A DNA stretch of 64,000 nucleotides. It comes from Polyangiales bacterium (GTDB lineage Bacteria > Myxococcota_A > Polyangia > Polyangiales > Polyangiaceae). The stretch lies in NCBI GenBank assembly GCA_038231275.1, contig JBBRLQ010000007.1, positions 256,001 through 320,000 on the forward strand. Reading direction: 5' to 3'. The translations under genes were made by a program, and so were the position numbers. Under the pieces are notes generated by a model. It ran no database searches. It was not told the origin of the DNA and saw only the letters and a program-made list of their open reading frames with translations. Numbering within the stretch: the first letter of the stretch is position 1; every line of letters begins with the position of its first letter. Positions 1-9,020 of this stretch are shown piece after piece.

Positions 1-336
1 GGCGGTGAGGAGGACGAGCGCGCCGCCCGCCAGCGCGTGACCGGTGCACGCGGCGACGATCGGGATCGGCGAGCCGTAGAGGCGCATGAAGAGATCGCCG
101 CCGGAGCGGAGCAGCGTCTTCGCTGCGTCGGGGCTGCTCATCATGACGCGCAGATCGAAGCCGGCGCAGAAGCGACCTTCGCGTCCCGTGAGCACGAAGG
201 CCGAGGCTTCCTTCTCCGCACGCGTGAGCGCGTCGCCGAGCTCGATGATCATCGCTTCTGAGAGCGCGTTCGCCTTGCCGTCGTCCATCTGGACGATCGC
301 GGTTGTGCCTTCGAGCGTGTAGTGAACGACCGGCAT
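1..336 (-). CDS. Crotonase/enoyl-CoA hydratase family protein (partial, runs off the left edge)
   Basis: Not in the ORF track. Manual translation from ATG 336 gives MPVVHYTLEGTTAIVQMDDGKANALSEAM...GRFCAGFDL...AACTGHALAGG, which carries the crotonase motifs. It starts 2 nt after the tatC stop. Confidence 0.85.
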   Translation of the reverse strand, partial: MPVVHYTLEGTTAIVQMDDGKANALSEAMIIELGDALTRAEKEASAFVLTGREGRFCAGFDLRVMMSSPDAAKTLLRSGGDLFMRLYGSPIPIVAACTGHALAGGALVLLTA

Positions 337-338
337 GG

Positions 339-1160
339 TCAGCCCTTCGCGGCGCTCTCGTCCGCCGGCTTCTTCTTCGCGACCAGGAACGCGACGCCGA
401 CGCTGAGGAAGTAGAGCGCGATGAGGGCGCCGCTCACCGCGAGCTGGCTGGAGACCTCGGGTCCCGGCGTCACGATCGCGCCGAGCGCGAACGCTCCGAT
501 GATGGCCCAGCGGCTGAACTTCACGAGCTGGCGCGGCGTCACGATGCCGGCGATGGCGAGGAACGAGATGAAGAGCGGCAGCTCGAAGACGAACCCGAAC
601 GCGAGCAGCATGCGCGTCGAGAAGTCCATGTAGAACTCCATCGTCGGGCGGCTCGTCAGCACCGTGTCGCTCGACCCGACCTTGCCGAGGAGCGAGAAGA
701 AGTAGTTGAACGTGAACGGGAACGCGACGTAGTACGCGAACATCACGCCCGACGCGAAGAGCGTCGACGAGAAGAAGACGAACGGGATGATGTATTTTTT
801 CTCGCGCGCGTAGAGGCCCGGGCTGATGAAGGCCCACAGCTGATAGAAGATGATCGGCGCCGCGATGACCATGCCGCCGACGAACGAAAGCTGCATGTAG
901 TTCACGAACGCGTCGGCGGGGGCGAGCGTCTGGAGCTCGAGCGGCGTGTTCGGAAAGCGCGCCTTCCATGCGTGCTCGTACGGCTTCTGGAGCCACTCGA
1001 GGAGGCGCTCGCGGTACGTCCAGCAGCCGACGGCGGCGACGAGTGTGCCGATCGCGGCGTGGACGACGCGCTTGCGGAGCTCCGAGAGGTGCTCCCAGAT
1101 CGTCATCTTGACCTCGGCCTCGGGGTCTTGAGCCAGCGGCGTGGTGGCGTCGTCGCTCAT
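339..1160 (-). CDS. tatC: Twin-arginine translocase subunit TatC
   Basis: MTIWEHLSELRKR, YQLWAFISPGLY and FELP motifs; about six TM segments; follows tatB. Confidence 0.95.
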   Translation of the reverse strand: MSDDATTPLAQDPEAEVKMTIWEHLSELRKRVVHAAIGTLVAAVGCWTYRERLLEWLQKPYEHAWKARFPNTPLELQTLAPADAFVNYMQLSFVGGMVIAAPIIFYQLWAFISPGLYAREKKYIIPFVFFSSTLFASGVMFAYYVAFPFTFNYFFSLLGKVGSSDTVLTSRPTMEFYMDFSTRMLLAFGFVFELPLFISFLAIAGIVTPRQLVKFSRWAIIGAFALGAIVTPGPEVSSQLAVSGALIALYFLSVGVAFLVAKKKPADESAAKG

Positions 1161-1744
1161 GCGGTCTCGGCGCGGTCCGGTTGGGAGGGAGCGGGGGTCG
1201 TGGCGGTAGACGCTTCGGCGGGCGAGGGCGTGCCCTCATGGGTCTCGGCGTCGGTCGGGGTCGGCGCAGGCTCGGGCTTGGGGACGACGCCGTTCGGATC
1301 GCCGAGCACCCAGACCGGATCGTCCGCCCACTTCGAGCGCGGGAAACTCTCGATGTAGACGAACGCGGTGTCCGGGAGGGCGTTGCCGGTGTCGGCCCCC
1401 TCGCGCGGGTGCTCGCGGTCGCGGTCGACGGAGATGTTCGCGTCTTCGTAGGCGGCCAGAGAAGGGTAGGCCGGCTCGCCGAGCGTGCCGCCCGTGGTCG
1501 AGCGCGAAATCGTGTCGAGCTCGCCGCGCGCGAGCTTGCGGATTTCGTTCAGGTCGTCGGTGAGGCCTTCGGTACGAAGCACGTCGTCGATGCCGCTCTG
1601 CGCGCGCAGATCGGAGGCCATCCGCCGGAGCTTGCCGGCCCACTGCCCCATCGTCTTCAGGACTTTGGGCAAGTCTTTCGGGCCGATCACGACGATCGCG
1701 ACCACCACGAGGACGACGAGCTCACCGAAGCTGAACCCGAACAC
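1157..1744 (-). CDS. tatB: Twin-arginine translocase subunit TatB
   Basis: MFGFSFGELVVLVVVAIVVIGPKDLP N-terminus, amphipathic helix and long acidic tail; overlaps the tatC start. Confidence 0.9.
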   Translation of the reverse strand: MFGFSFGELVVLVVVAIVVIGPKDLPKVLKTMGQWAGKLRRMASDLRAQSGIDDVLRTEGLTDDLNEIRKLARGELDTISRSTTGGTLGEPAYPSLAAYEDANISVDRDREHPREGADTGNALPDTAFVYIESFPRSKWADDPVWVLGDPNGVVPKPEPAPTPTDAETHEGTPSPAEASTATTPAPSQPDRAETA

Positions 1745-1794
1745 GCCTACAAGGTAGCACGGCCGCTCCGCCGGAGCGTGGTAAAGGAGGGGCC

Positions 1795-2835
1795 ATGCTC
1801 GCGCTGCAAGCCCTGACTCCGCACGCGCTCCACCGCGCGCTCGGCGGCGTGTCGCTCGCGGAGGCGCGCAAGATCGTGGCGCAGGTGCATAGGGACGAGC
1901 CGGTCGCGACGCCGACGAGCGGCATCACGCGGATCGCGCGCGAGGTGGTCGTGCGTGAGGGCGTCGTGCCGGCGCTCGAGATCACGGCGGAGCGAAAGAG
2001 CCTGCTCGATCCCTTCGTGAAGTACGCGATGCGAACCGCCGACGGCGAGACGATCGAGACCGTGCGCATCCCGCTCGAGCGCGCGGGGCGATTCTCCGTG
2101 TGCGTGAGCTCGCAGATCGGCTGCGCGCTGGCGTGCGCGTTCTGCGCGACGGGGCAGATGGGGCTCCGGCGCAACCTCGAGACGTGGGAGATCGTCGAGC
2201 AGGTGCGCATCGTGCGACGGCGCTTGCCCGAAGGCGCGCGCGTGCACGGCGTCGTCTTCCAGGGGATGGGCGAGCCGATGGCGAACCTCGACCGGGTCCT
2301 CGACGCCATCGCGGTGATGAGCGAGCCGTGCGCGCTCGCGATCGACGCGCGCAACATCACGGTGAGCACGGCGGGGCTCCCGAGCGGGATTCGCCGGCTC
2401 GCGCGCGAGGCGCCGAAGGTGCGACTCGCGCTGTCGATCGGCACGGCGCGCGAGGGGGGACGCGCGGCGCTCATGCCGATCGATCGCGCGCACGCGCTCG
2501 CGGAGGTGCTCGAAGCGGCCGTCGAGCACGCGCGCGCGACCGGCCTCGCGCCGATGTGGGCGGTGACGTTGCTGCGCGACGTGAACGATCTCGACGAGGA
2601 CGCGCACGCGCTGGCGGCGGCGGCGCGCAGCTTCGCCGAGAGCTCCGGCGTGCGACCGCGCATCAGCGTGATCCCGTTCAACGCAATCGACGGCGATCCG
2701 TTCACGCGATCGACGGATGCAGGCGAGACGCGCTTTCGGGACGCGCTCGCTGCGCGCGGAGTCTTCACCCACAAGCGCTACAGCGGCGGCGGCGACGTCG
2801 ACGCGGCGTGCGGTCAGCTGGCGGCGAAGGGGTGA
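1795..2835 (+). CDS. RlmN/Cfr-family radical SAM RNA methyltransferase (possibly a paralog)
   Basis: CVSSQIGCALACAFCATG (CxxxCxxC), GMGEP and C-terminal AACGQL; both catalytic Cys equivalents are present. Confidence 0.88.
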   Translation: MLALQALTPHALHRALGGVSLAEARKIVAQVHRDEPVATPTSGITRIAREVVVREGVVPALEITAERKSLLDPFVKYAMRTADGETIETVRIPLERAGRFSVCVSSQIGCALACAFCATGQMGLRRNLETWEIVEQVRIVRRRLPEGARVHGVVFQGMGEPMANLDRVLDAIAVMSEPCALAIDARNITVSTAGLPSGIRRLAREAPKVRLALSIGTAREGGRAALMPIDRAHALAEVLEAAVEHARATGLAPMWAVTLLRDVNDLDEDAHALAAAARSFAESSGVRPRISVIPFNAIDGDPFTRSTDAGETRFRDALAARGVFTHKRYSGGGDVDAACGQLAAKG

Positions 2836-4175
2836 TGCGCGCGAGGTCGGTCCTCCTTGGTCTCTTCGTGCTGACGTCCGCGTTCGCGTCCGGGAGCGCC
2901 GCGGCGTCGCCCGAGGACATTTTCGGTTACGGCGGCCGCTCGGCGGGAATGGGCGCGACGGGCGTGGCGGCGGGGGAGGGGTACGAGACGGCGTACCTGA
3001 ACCCCGCGCTCCTCTCGACGATGCGCGCCCGCAAATTGAGCCTCGGCCTCACCGGTGCGACGTTCTCGCTCTACGCGGACGGCGACGGGCTTCCGGGCCG
3101 TGTGTCCTATGGCGCGGCGAAGGGCGTCGTCATCGGCGCGGATCTCCCGATCCCGTTCGGCGGCGTGCTGAAGGATCGCATCGGCGCGGGGCTCGCCTTC
3201 TACACGCCGACCGACATCGTCGTGCGCGGACGCATCCTCTACCCGGAGACGCCGCAGTTTCCGCTCCTGCCCGATCGCGCGCAGTCGGTGGCGATCCGCG
3301 TGGGGCTCGGCGCGGAGGTCGGCTGGGGCGTGCGCGTCGGCGCGGGCTTCGCGGCGCTCGCGGAGATCGCGGGCTCGGCGATCGTCGCGACCGACGCCAC
3401 CGGCCGCGTCGGGACGCGCGTCGAGGATCAGCTCGTCGCGACGTACGCGCCGACGTTCGGCGTCACGTACGACATACCGGTTCGCTTCCCGACGCGCCTC
3501 CGCGCGGGTCTCACGTACCGAGGCACCCTCGACGCGCGCTTCGCCGTCGCCATCGACGCGACGAAGCTCTCGACCTTGAACCTCCCGCTCCTCAACATCT
3601 CGGGTCTCGCGCAGTACGATCCGGCGCAGCTCGCGTTCGAGCTCGCGAGCCTCGGTGAGCGCCTCACGCTGGCGGGCGGCGTCACGTACAAGAGGTGGAG
3701 CAAGTACCCCGGTCTCCTCGAACCGACGATCAACTGTCCTACGGAGAACCCGGACTGCGCGGCGCTCGTGCCGCCGAAGATCGCGTACGACGACACCCTC
3801 GCCGTGCACGCGGGGGCCGACTGGGCGATCCGCGTCTCGTCGAGCTTCGTGCCTCACGTTCGCGCCGGCGCCTTCCTCGAGCCGAACCCTCTCCCGAGCC
3901 GCGTGCCGACGGCGCAGGCCTACGACGTGGCGGCGCGCGGCCTCGTCGACGTGCCGACGCGTTACTTCAACGCGCCGCGCCTCGCGCTCACGTGGGGCGC
4001 GGGCCTCCGCATGGCGGACCCTTTGCCGCCGTTCGACGTCGACGTCTACGGCCAGTACCACGTGCTCCTGCCGACCACCCACGAGTCGATCGACTCGAAC
4101 GGCGCGGTCACGCCGCTCGGCAAGGCGAGCGGTCACGTGCTCGCGGGCGGCATCGTCGTGGGGGTGCGGTTTTGA
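2835..4175 (+). CDS. OmpP1/FadL/TodX-like outer membrane beta-barrel protein
   Basis: True start ATG 2835 overlaps the upstream TGA. Signal peptide, FGYGGRSAGMG...YLNPA N-terminal motif, alternating beta strands and terminal Phe. Confidence 0.72.
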   Translation: MRARSVLLGLFVLTSAFASGSAAASPEDIFGYGGRSAGMGATGVAAGEGYETAYLNPALLSTMRARKLSLGLTGATFSLYADGDGLPGRVSYGAAKGVVIGADLPIPFGGVLKDRIGAGLAFYTPTDIVVRGRILYPETPQFPLLPDRAQSVAIRVGLGAEVGWGVRVGAGFAALAEIAGSAIVATDATGRVGTRVEDQLVATYAPTFGVTYDIPVRFPTRLRAGLTYRGTLDARFAVAIDATKLSTLNLPLLNISGLAQYDPAQLAFELASLGERLTLAGGVTYKRWSKYPGLLEPTINCPTENPDCAALVPPKIAYDDTLAVHAGADWAIRVSSSFVPHVRAGAFLEPNPLPSRVPTAQAYDVAARGLVDVPTRYFNAPRLALTWGAGLRMADPLPPFDVDVYGQYHVLLPTTHESIDSNGAVTPLGKASGHVLAGGIVVGVRF

Positions 4176-5509
4176 AGACCACCCTCGTTTCATCGGCAAT
4201 TGTGGCCATGTGTGCGTGCAGTATGCAGGCATACGCGAATCCCCTCGACGCGTTCGGCCTTGGCTCGCGTGCGGCCGGGATGGGCAGCGCCGTCGCCGCC
4301 GACACCAGCGGCTTCGACGCCAACTACTACAATCCCGCCGGCCTCGCGCGCGCACGTGGGCTCGAGCTCTCGATCGGATACTTCCGCGCGAGCCACTACC
4401 TGAAGACGAACGGGCACGACAACGACGTCGATCCGGTGAAGGGCCTCGTCGGCGGGCTCGTCGCGCCGGGGACGATCTTCGGCGTGCCGTTCGCGTTCGG
4501 CCTCGCCATTCACCTCCCCGACGACCGCATCTCGCGCGTGCGCGCGCTCCGCCAAGAGGTGGCGCGCTGGGAGATGTACGACAACCGCAACCAGCGCCTC
4601 TTCCTCGCGGCGAACCTCGCGGTGAGCCCCGTCAAGTGGCTCCAGATCGGCGGCGGCTTCTCGTTCATGTCCTCGACGGAGGGCAAGCTCGACATCGGTG
4701 GGCTCTTGAACATCTTCCGGTCGGAGGACTCCGCGCTCCGCCACCAGGTCGACGCCGATCTCACCGCCGTGCGCTACCCCCAAGTCGGCATGCGCGTGGA
4801 GCTCTCGCCGGACGTCGCGCTGGCGGTCGTCTACCGCGGCGAGTTCAAGCTGAAGCTCGATCTCTCGGCGTACCTCCACGGCGACATCTCGCAGCTGACC
4901 ACCGCCGTGTACGCGCTCGAGACGCACAGCGTGAACAATTTTTTGCCGCAACAGCTCGTCGTCGCGGGCTCGTGGAAGCTGACGCCGGATCTCCGGACGA
5001 ACCTCGACGTCACGTGGGTCAACTGGGGCGCGTACGTGCCGCCGGTCGCGTCGCTCAACGTGGCCCTCGACATCCCGCCGCCGGCAGGCGGTTGGCCCAA
5101 CGGGGTCACGCCGCCGCAGGCGCCCGCGCCCACGCGCATCGAGGCGCTGAAGATGAGCGATCGCGCGGTGCCGCACGTCGGCGTCGAGTGGCGCGCGCTC
5201 GCGCGTCCCAGATGGGAGGGCTTCGCGCGCGCGGGGTACGAGTACGCGAAGAGCCCGATCGGCGCGCAGACGGGCCTCACCAACTACATCGATCGCGATC
5301 GGCACTCGATGTCGATCGGCCTCGGACTACGGGCGATCGCGCCGATCGCCGAGCTCCCGGGCGACGTTCGGCTCGACGCGCACGCGCAGCTGAGCGAGCT
5401 CGTGACGGCGACGACGCGGAAAGCCGATCCGGCAGATCTCGTCGGCGACTACACGGCCGGCGGGCACATCTGGAACGTGGGCGCGACGCTCACCGTGGGG
5501 TTCCCGTGA
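4172..5509 (+). CDS. Second OmpP1/FadL/TodX-like outer membrane beta-barrel protein
   Basis: Probable TTG start 4172 overlapping the previous stop; signal peptide; FGLGSRAAGMG...YYNPAGLA motif. Confidence 0.75.
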   Translation: MKTTLVSSAIVAMCACSMQAYANPLDAFGLGSRAAGMGSAVAADTSGFDANYYNPAGLARARGLELSIGYFRASHYLKTNGHDNDVDPVKGLVGGLVAPGTIFGVPFAFGLAIHLPDDRISRVRALRQEVARWEMYDNRNQRLFLAANLAVSPVKWLQIGGGFSFMSSTEGKLDIGGLLNIFRSEDSALRHQVDADLTAVRYPQVGMRVELSPDVALAVVYRGEFKLKLDLSAYLHGDISQLTTAVYALETHSVNNFLPQQLVVAGSWKLTPDLRTNLDVTWVNWGAYVPPVASLNVALDIPPPAGGWPNGVTPPQAPAPTRIEALKMSDRAVPHVGVEWRALARPRWEGFARAGYEYAKSPIGAQTGLTNYIDRDRHSMSIGLGLRAIAPIAELPGDVRLDAHAQLSELVTATTRKADPADLVGDYTAGGHIWNVGATLTVGFP

Positions 5510-6567
5510 GGCTCACGCGCCTCGCGCTCGTCCTCTCCGCGGCGTCGTGCGCGTCGATCGGCTCGCCCGGCGCCGGTGACGTCGACCTCCCGGCTTCAGG
5601 CGCCGGACCTTTCCGAAAGCTCGATGGCAACGAGACGCTCGGCGTCGCCCCCTTCGTCCTCGACGATCGCACCAGGCTCTGGCACGACCCGGCGGTTCTT
5701 CCCGCCGACCCGGCGAGCGATGGGGCGGGTGTCTTCCTTTTCGCTGCGGGCACGATCGCGGGCGGTGATGTGATTGTCCGCACGCGGGCCGACGACGGGC
5801 GATCGTTCTTTGGCGGCAGCGTCGGCACGACCCCCGCGGTGGTGCTGAAGGCCGACGCGGGAGAGCACGTCGTGGCGCCCAGCGTCGCGCGCGTCGGCGG
5901 CAACGTCCTCCTCTATTGGTCCGACGGCGCGGGTGTCCGCGTCGCGAGCAGCGCCGACGGCCTCACCTTCGCGAAGCGCGCCGGGTATGCGCTCGCCGCC
6001 GATGTTGCTGCCTCCTGGGAAAAGACGCCGCCCGGTGCGCCCAGCGTCGCCGTGTACCCCGACGGCCGCGTGCGCATGGTCTACGCCGCAGGCGGCTACC
6101 TGGGCGAAGCCGAGAGCGAGGACGGGCTCACGTTCCGCCGACTGGGTCCGGATCCGATTTTCGGGCCGAGCATCGCGCCGGATCTCTCGACCCTGGCGCC
6201 CGGACAGAAGCCGCCGTTCGACGACGCGCGCGTGGACGATCCGTGCGTGGTCCCGCGCGTCACGCCGGCGGGGCGCCTCCACGTGCGTGTACTCTACACG
6301 GGAGTCGATGCGGCCGGCGTGACCTCGATTGGCCTCGCCGCGCGCTACGGCGACTCCGGGCCGCTGTCACGTCAGACGCAGCCGGTCTACGCCATCGGCA
6401 AGGCCGAGCGCGCGCCGGCGTTGTTCGAGTGGTCGGGCGGCTCGCTACTCTACGTCTCGCAGGATCGCGCGCCGGCGCCCGACACGCATTACGGCGCCAT
6501 CGCCGCCGCGTTCGCTCCCGCGAATCTTCGCTTGCCGCCGGCCACCGCTTTCGCCGACTCTCCCTGA
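5506..6567 (+). CDS. Lipoprotein with a probable five-bladed beta-propeller (GH43/GH32-like) fold
   Basis: GTG 5506 overlaps the previous stop; SAASC lipobox-like site; repeated DP/APSV blades and Asp-box-like S-x-DGLTF motifs. Confidence 0.55.
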   Translation: MRLTRLALVLSAASCASIGSPGAGDVDLPASGAGPFRKLDGNETLGVAPFVLDDRTRLWHDPAVLPADPASDGAGVFLFAAGTIAGGDVIVRTRADDGRSFFGGSVGTTPAVVLKADAGEHVVAPSVARVGGNVLLYWSDGAGVRVASSADGLTFAKRAGYALAADVAASWEKTPPGAPSVAVYPDGRVRMVYAAGGYLGEAESEDGLTFRRLGPDPIFGPSIAPDLSTLAPGQKPPFDDARVDDPCVVPRVTPAGRLHVRVLYTGVDAAGVTSIGLAARYGDSGPLSRQTQPVYAIGKAERAPALFEWSGGSLLYVSQDRAPAPDTHYGAIAAAFAPANLRLPPATAFADSP

Positions 6568-6592
6568 ACCGTAGACGCGAGGGGAGACGATC

Positions 6593-7318
6593 ATGAAGAA
6601 GCAGACGCCGTACGTTCTCTACTATTGGCCCGGCATCCAGGGCCGCGGCGAGCTCGTTCGTCTTGCACTGGAACGCGCCGGCGCGCCGTACGTCGACGCG
6701 GCACGCGCGAAGGGCGGCATGGACGCGATGATGAAGCTCATGGGCGAGCGCTCGCGGGTCGACGGCCTCGTCCCGTTCGCGCCGCCGTTCTTGAAGGCGG
6801 GCCCGCTCGTCCTCGCGCAGACCGCGAACATTCTGGCGTGGCTCGCCCCGCGCCATCGCCTGGTCCCTAAAGACGAAGCGAGCCGTCTCCACGCGCACCA
6901 GCTCCAGCTCACCGTCATGGACTTCATGGTCGAGGCCCACGACGTCCACCACCCCATCGGCTCCAGCCTCTACTACGAGGATCAGAAGAAGGAGGCCAAG
7001 CGCCGCGCCGCGCCGTTCCTCTCCGTGCGCGTCCCCAAGTTCCTCGGCTACTTCGAGCGCGTGCTCCAGCGCGGCGGCGGATACGCAGTGGGACGTCGCG
7101 CGTCGTACGTCGATTTGTCCCTGTTCCAGGTCATGGAAGGGTTCGCGTACGCGTTCCCTCGCGCGTCGAAGAAGGTCCGGAAGAAGCACCCGCGCCTCTG
7201 CGCCTTGCGCGAACGCGTCGCGTCGGAGCCCCGCATCGCGAAGTACCTCGCGTCGGAGCGCCGCGCTCCCTTCAACGAGCACGGGATCTTTCGGCACTAC
7301 CCGGAGCTCGACCCCTGA
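6593..7318 (+). CDS. Glutathione S-transferase
   Basis: LYYWPGIQGRGELVRLAL, FAPPFL, AQTANI and SYVDLSLF motifs. Confidence 0.9.
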   Translation: MKKQTPYVLYYWPGIQGRGELVRLALERAGAPYVDAARAKGGMDAMMKLMGERSRVDGLVPFAPPFLKAGPLVLAQTANILAWLAPRHRLVPKDEASRLHAHQLQLTVMDFMVEAHDVHHPIGSSLYYEDQKKEAKRRAAPFLSVRVPKFLGYFERVLQRGGGYAVGRRASYVDLSLFQVMEGFAYAFPRASKKVRKKHPRLCALRERVASEPRIAKYLASERRAPFNEHGIFRHYPELDP

Positions 7319-7332
7319 TAGCTTGAGGGGAC

Positions 7333-8349
7333 ATGCTCGTAGGGCTCTTCCTCGGTGTGCTCTTCGTGACGCCGTTCGTCGTCACGTACGTGCTCTTCAT
7401 CAGGTGGTGCGACCGCTTCGAGCCGGAGCCGTGGTGGCTCATCATCCTCGCGTTCATGTGGGGCGCGCTCTTCGCCACTCTGGGCGGCGGCGTCTCGAGC
7501 GGCATCGTACAGAGCCTCGTCGAGCGCGTCACCGGCGCGGGCGGGGACGACATGGAGGCGTTCGGCGCCACCGTCCTCGCGCCCGTCTTCGAGGAGGGGT
7601 TCAAGGGTCTCGGCGTCGCGATCATCGCGGCGATCAGCGCGCTCGGCTTGAAGGAGCTGGACGGCCCGCTCGACGGCGCGATCTACGGCGGCGTCGTGGG
7701 CCTCGGTTTCACGCTCACCGAGGACATCCTCTACGTCGCCAACCAGTACGCGAACGAGGGGCTGGGCGGCTTCGTCGTCCTCCTCTTCCTCCGCACGGTC
7801 CTCCTCGGCCTCTCGCACTGCACCTTCACTGCGATGACGGGTCTCGGCTTCGGCATCGCCGCCGAGTCGCGAAATTGGTCGGTGAAAATCTGCGCGCCCA
7901 TCGCCGGCTACTGCGGCGCGATGGCGCTGCACGCGATGCACAACGGCCTCCCGACGTTCTTCGGTGAGGAGGGCCTGGTGCTCATGGTGCTCCTCTCCTG
8001 GGTCATCGACATCCTCTACTTCGTGATCCTCGGCGTCCTCGTCATGCGCGATCGCGCGACGATCATCCGCGAGCTGTCGACGGAGATGGGCGGCCTCCTC
8101 CACCCGCGCGAGCTCCAGCTCGTGACCACGTACTTCACGATCGGGCTCCGCAACTGGAGCATCCTCATGTCGAAGGGCTGGGCCGCGTTCAGCATGCGCC
8201 GCAAGAAACAGCTCGCGCTGGTGGAGCTCGCGTTCATCAAGAACCGGCGCCGCCGCGGCGAGGTCGGTCGCGATCTGGACATGAAGGAGGCGCGCCTCCG
8301 CCAGGAAATCTGGACCGCGAACAAGGCGGGGATCTGGATCGGTAGCTGA
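7333..8349 (+). CDS. PrsW-family intramembrane metalloprotease
   Basis: DRFEPEP, APVFEEGFKG, GLGFTLTED, SH and LHAMHN motifs; multiple TM segments. Confidence 0.9.
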   Translation: MLVGLFLGVLFVTPFVVTYVLFIRWCDRFEPEPWWLIILAFMWGALFATLGGGVSSGIVQSLVERVTGAGGDDMEAFGATVLAPVFEEGFKGLGVAIIAAISALGLKELDGPLDGAIYGGVVGLGFTLTEDILYVANQYANEGLGGFVVLLFLRTVLLGLSHCTFTAMTGLGFGIAAESRNWSVKICAPIAGYCGAMALHAMHNGLPTFFGEEGLVLMVLLSWVIDILYFVILGVLVMRDRATIIRELSTEMGGLLHPRELQLVTTYFTIGLRNWSILMSKGWAAFSMRRKKQLALVELAFIKNRRRRGEVGRDLDMKEARLRQEIWTANKAGIWIGS

Positions 8350-9020
8350 TGGGCGCGGCGCGTCGCCTCGTCGAGCTGAGTCACCTCATCGAGCACGGCA
8401 TAGTGACCTACCCTGGCCTGCCGGCGCCCGAGATCTCCGATCACCTCACGCGCGCGGAGTCGGCAGCGTTGTACGCGCCGGGGATCACCTTCCAGATCGG
8501 CCGCATCTCGATGGTGGGGAACACCGGGACGTACCTCGACAGCCCCTTCCATCGCTTCGCCAAGGGCGCGGATCTCGCGGCGATGCCGCTCGAGAAGGTC
8601 GCCGATCTCGAGGGTGTTCTCGTGAGGCGTGCCCCCGGCGCGAAGCGAGCGATCGGGCGCGACGAGCTAGAAGGCCTCGAGGTCGCCGGCAAGGCCGTGC
8701 TCCTCCACACCGGGTGGGACGCGAAATTCCGCACGCCCGGCTACCGCGAGGACGCCCCGTTCCTCGACGCCGTCGCGACGGCGTGGCTCGTCGCGCAGGG
8801 GGCCGCGCTCGTCGGCATCGACGCCGTCAACATCGACGACATCGGCGACAAGGCCCGCCCCGCGCACTCGGGCCTGCTCGGCGCGGGCATCCCGATCGTC
8901 GAGCACTTGCGCGGCCTCGGCGATCTCCCCGAGCGGGGGTTTCGGTTCACGGCGACGCCACCGCGCGTGAGGGGCTTCGGCACCTTCCCGGTGCGCGCGT
9001 TCGCGATCGTCAGCGCGTGA
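8349..9020 (+). CDS. Cyclase/kynurenine formamidase family metal hydrolase
   Basis: NTGTYLDSPFH, LLHTGW, GIDAVNID and IVEHL motifs. Confidence 0.88.
   Translation: MGAARRLVELSHLIEHGIVTYPGLPAPEISDHLTRAESAALYAPGITFQIGRISMVGNTGTYLDSPFHRFAKGADLAAMPLEKVADLEGVLVRRAPGAKRAIGRDELEGLEVAGKAVLLHTGWDAKFRTPGYREDAPFLDAVATAWLVAQGAALVGIDAVNIDDIGDKARPAHSGLLGAGIPIVEHLRGLGDLPERGFRFTATPPRVRGFGTFPVRAFAIVSA

Noticed and set aside
1795..2835. Cfr antibiotic-resistance methyltransferase
   Set aside because: The motifs (CVSSQIGC, CATG) fit the RlmN-like family generally; Cfr cannot be claimed without phylogeny.
2100..5505. Long upstream extensions of ORFs 2100..4175, 3695..5509 and 3655..6567 suggesting frameshifts or fusions
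   Set aside because: Each gene has its own signal peptide starting at a stop/start overlap; the extensions are off-frame shadows.
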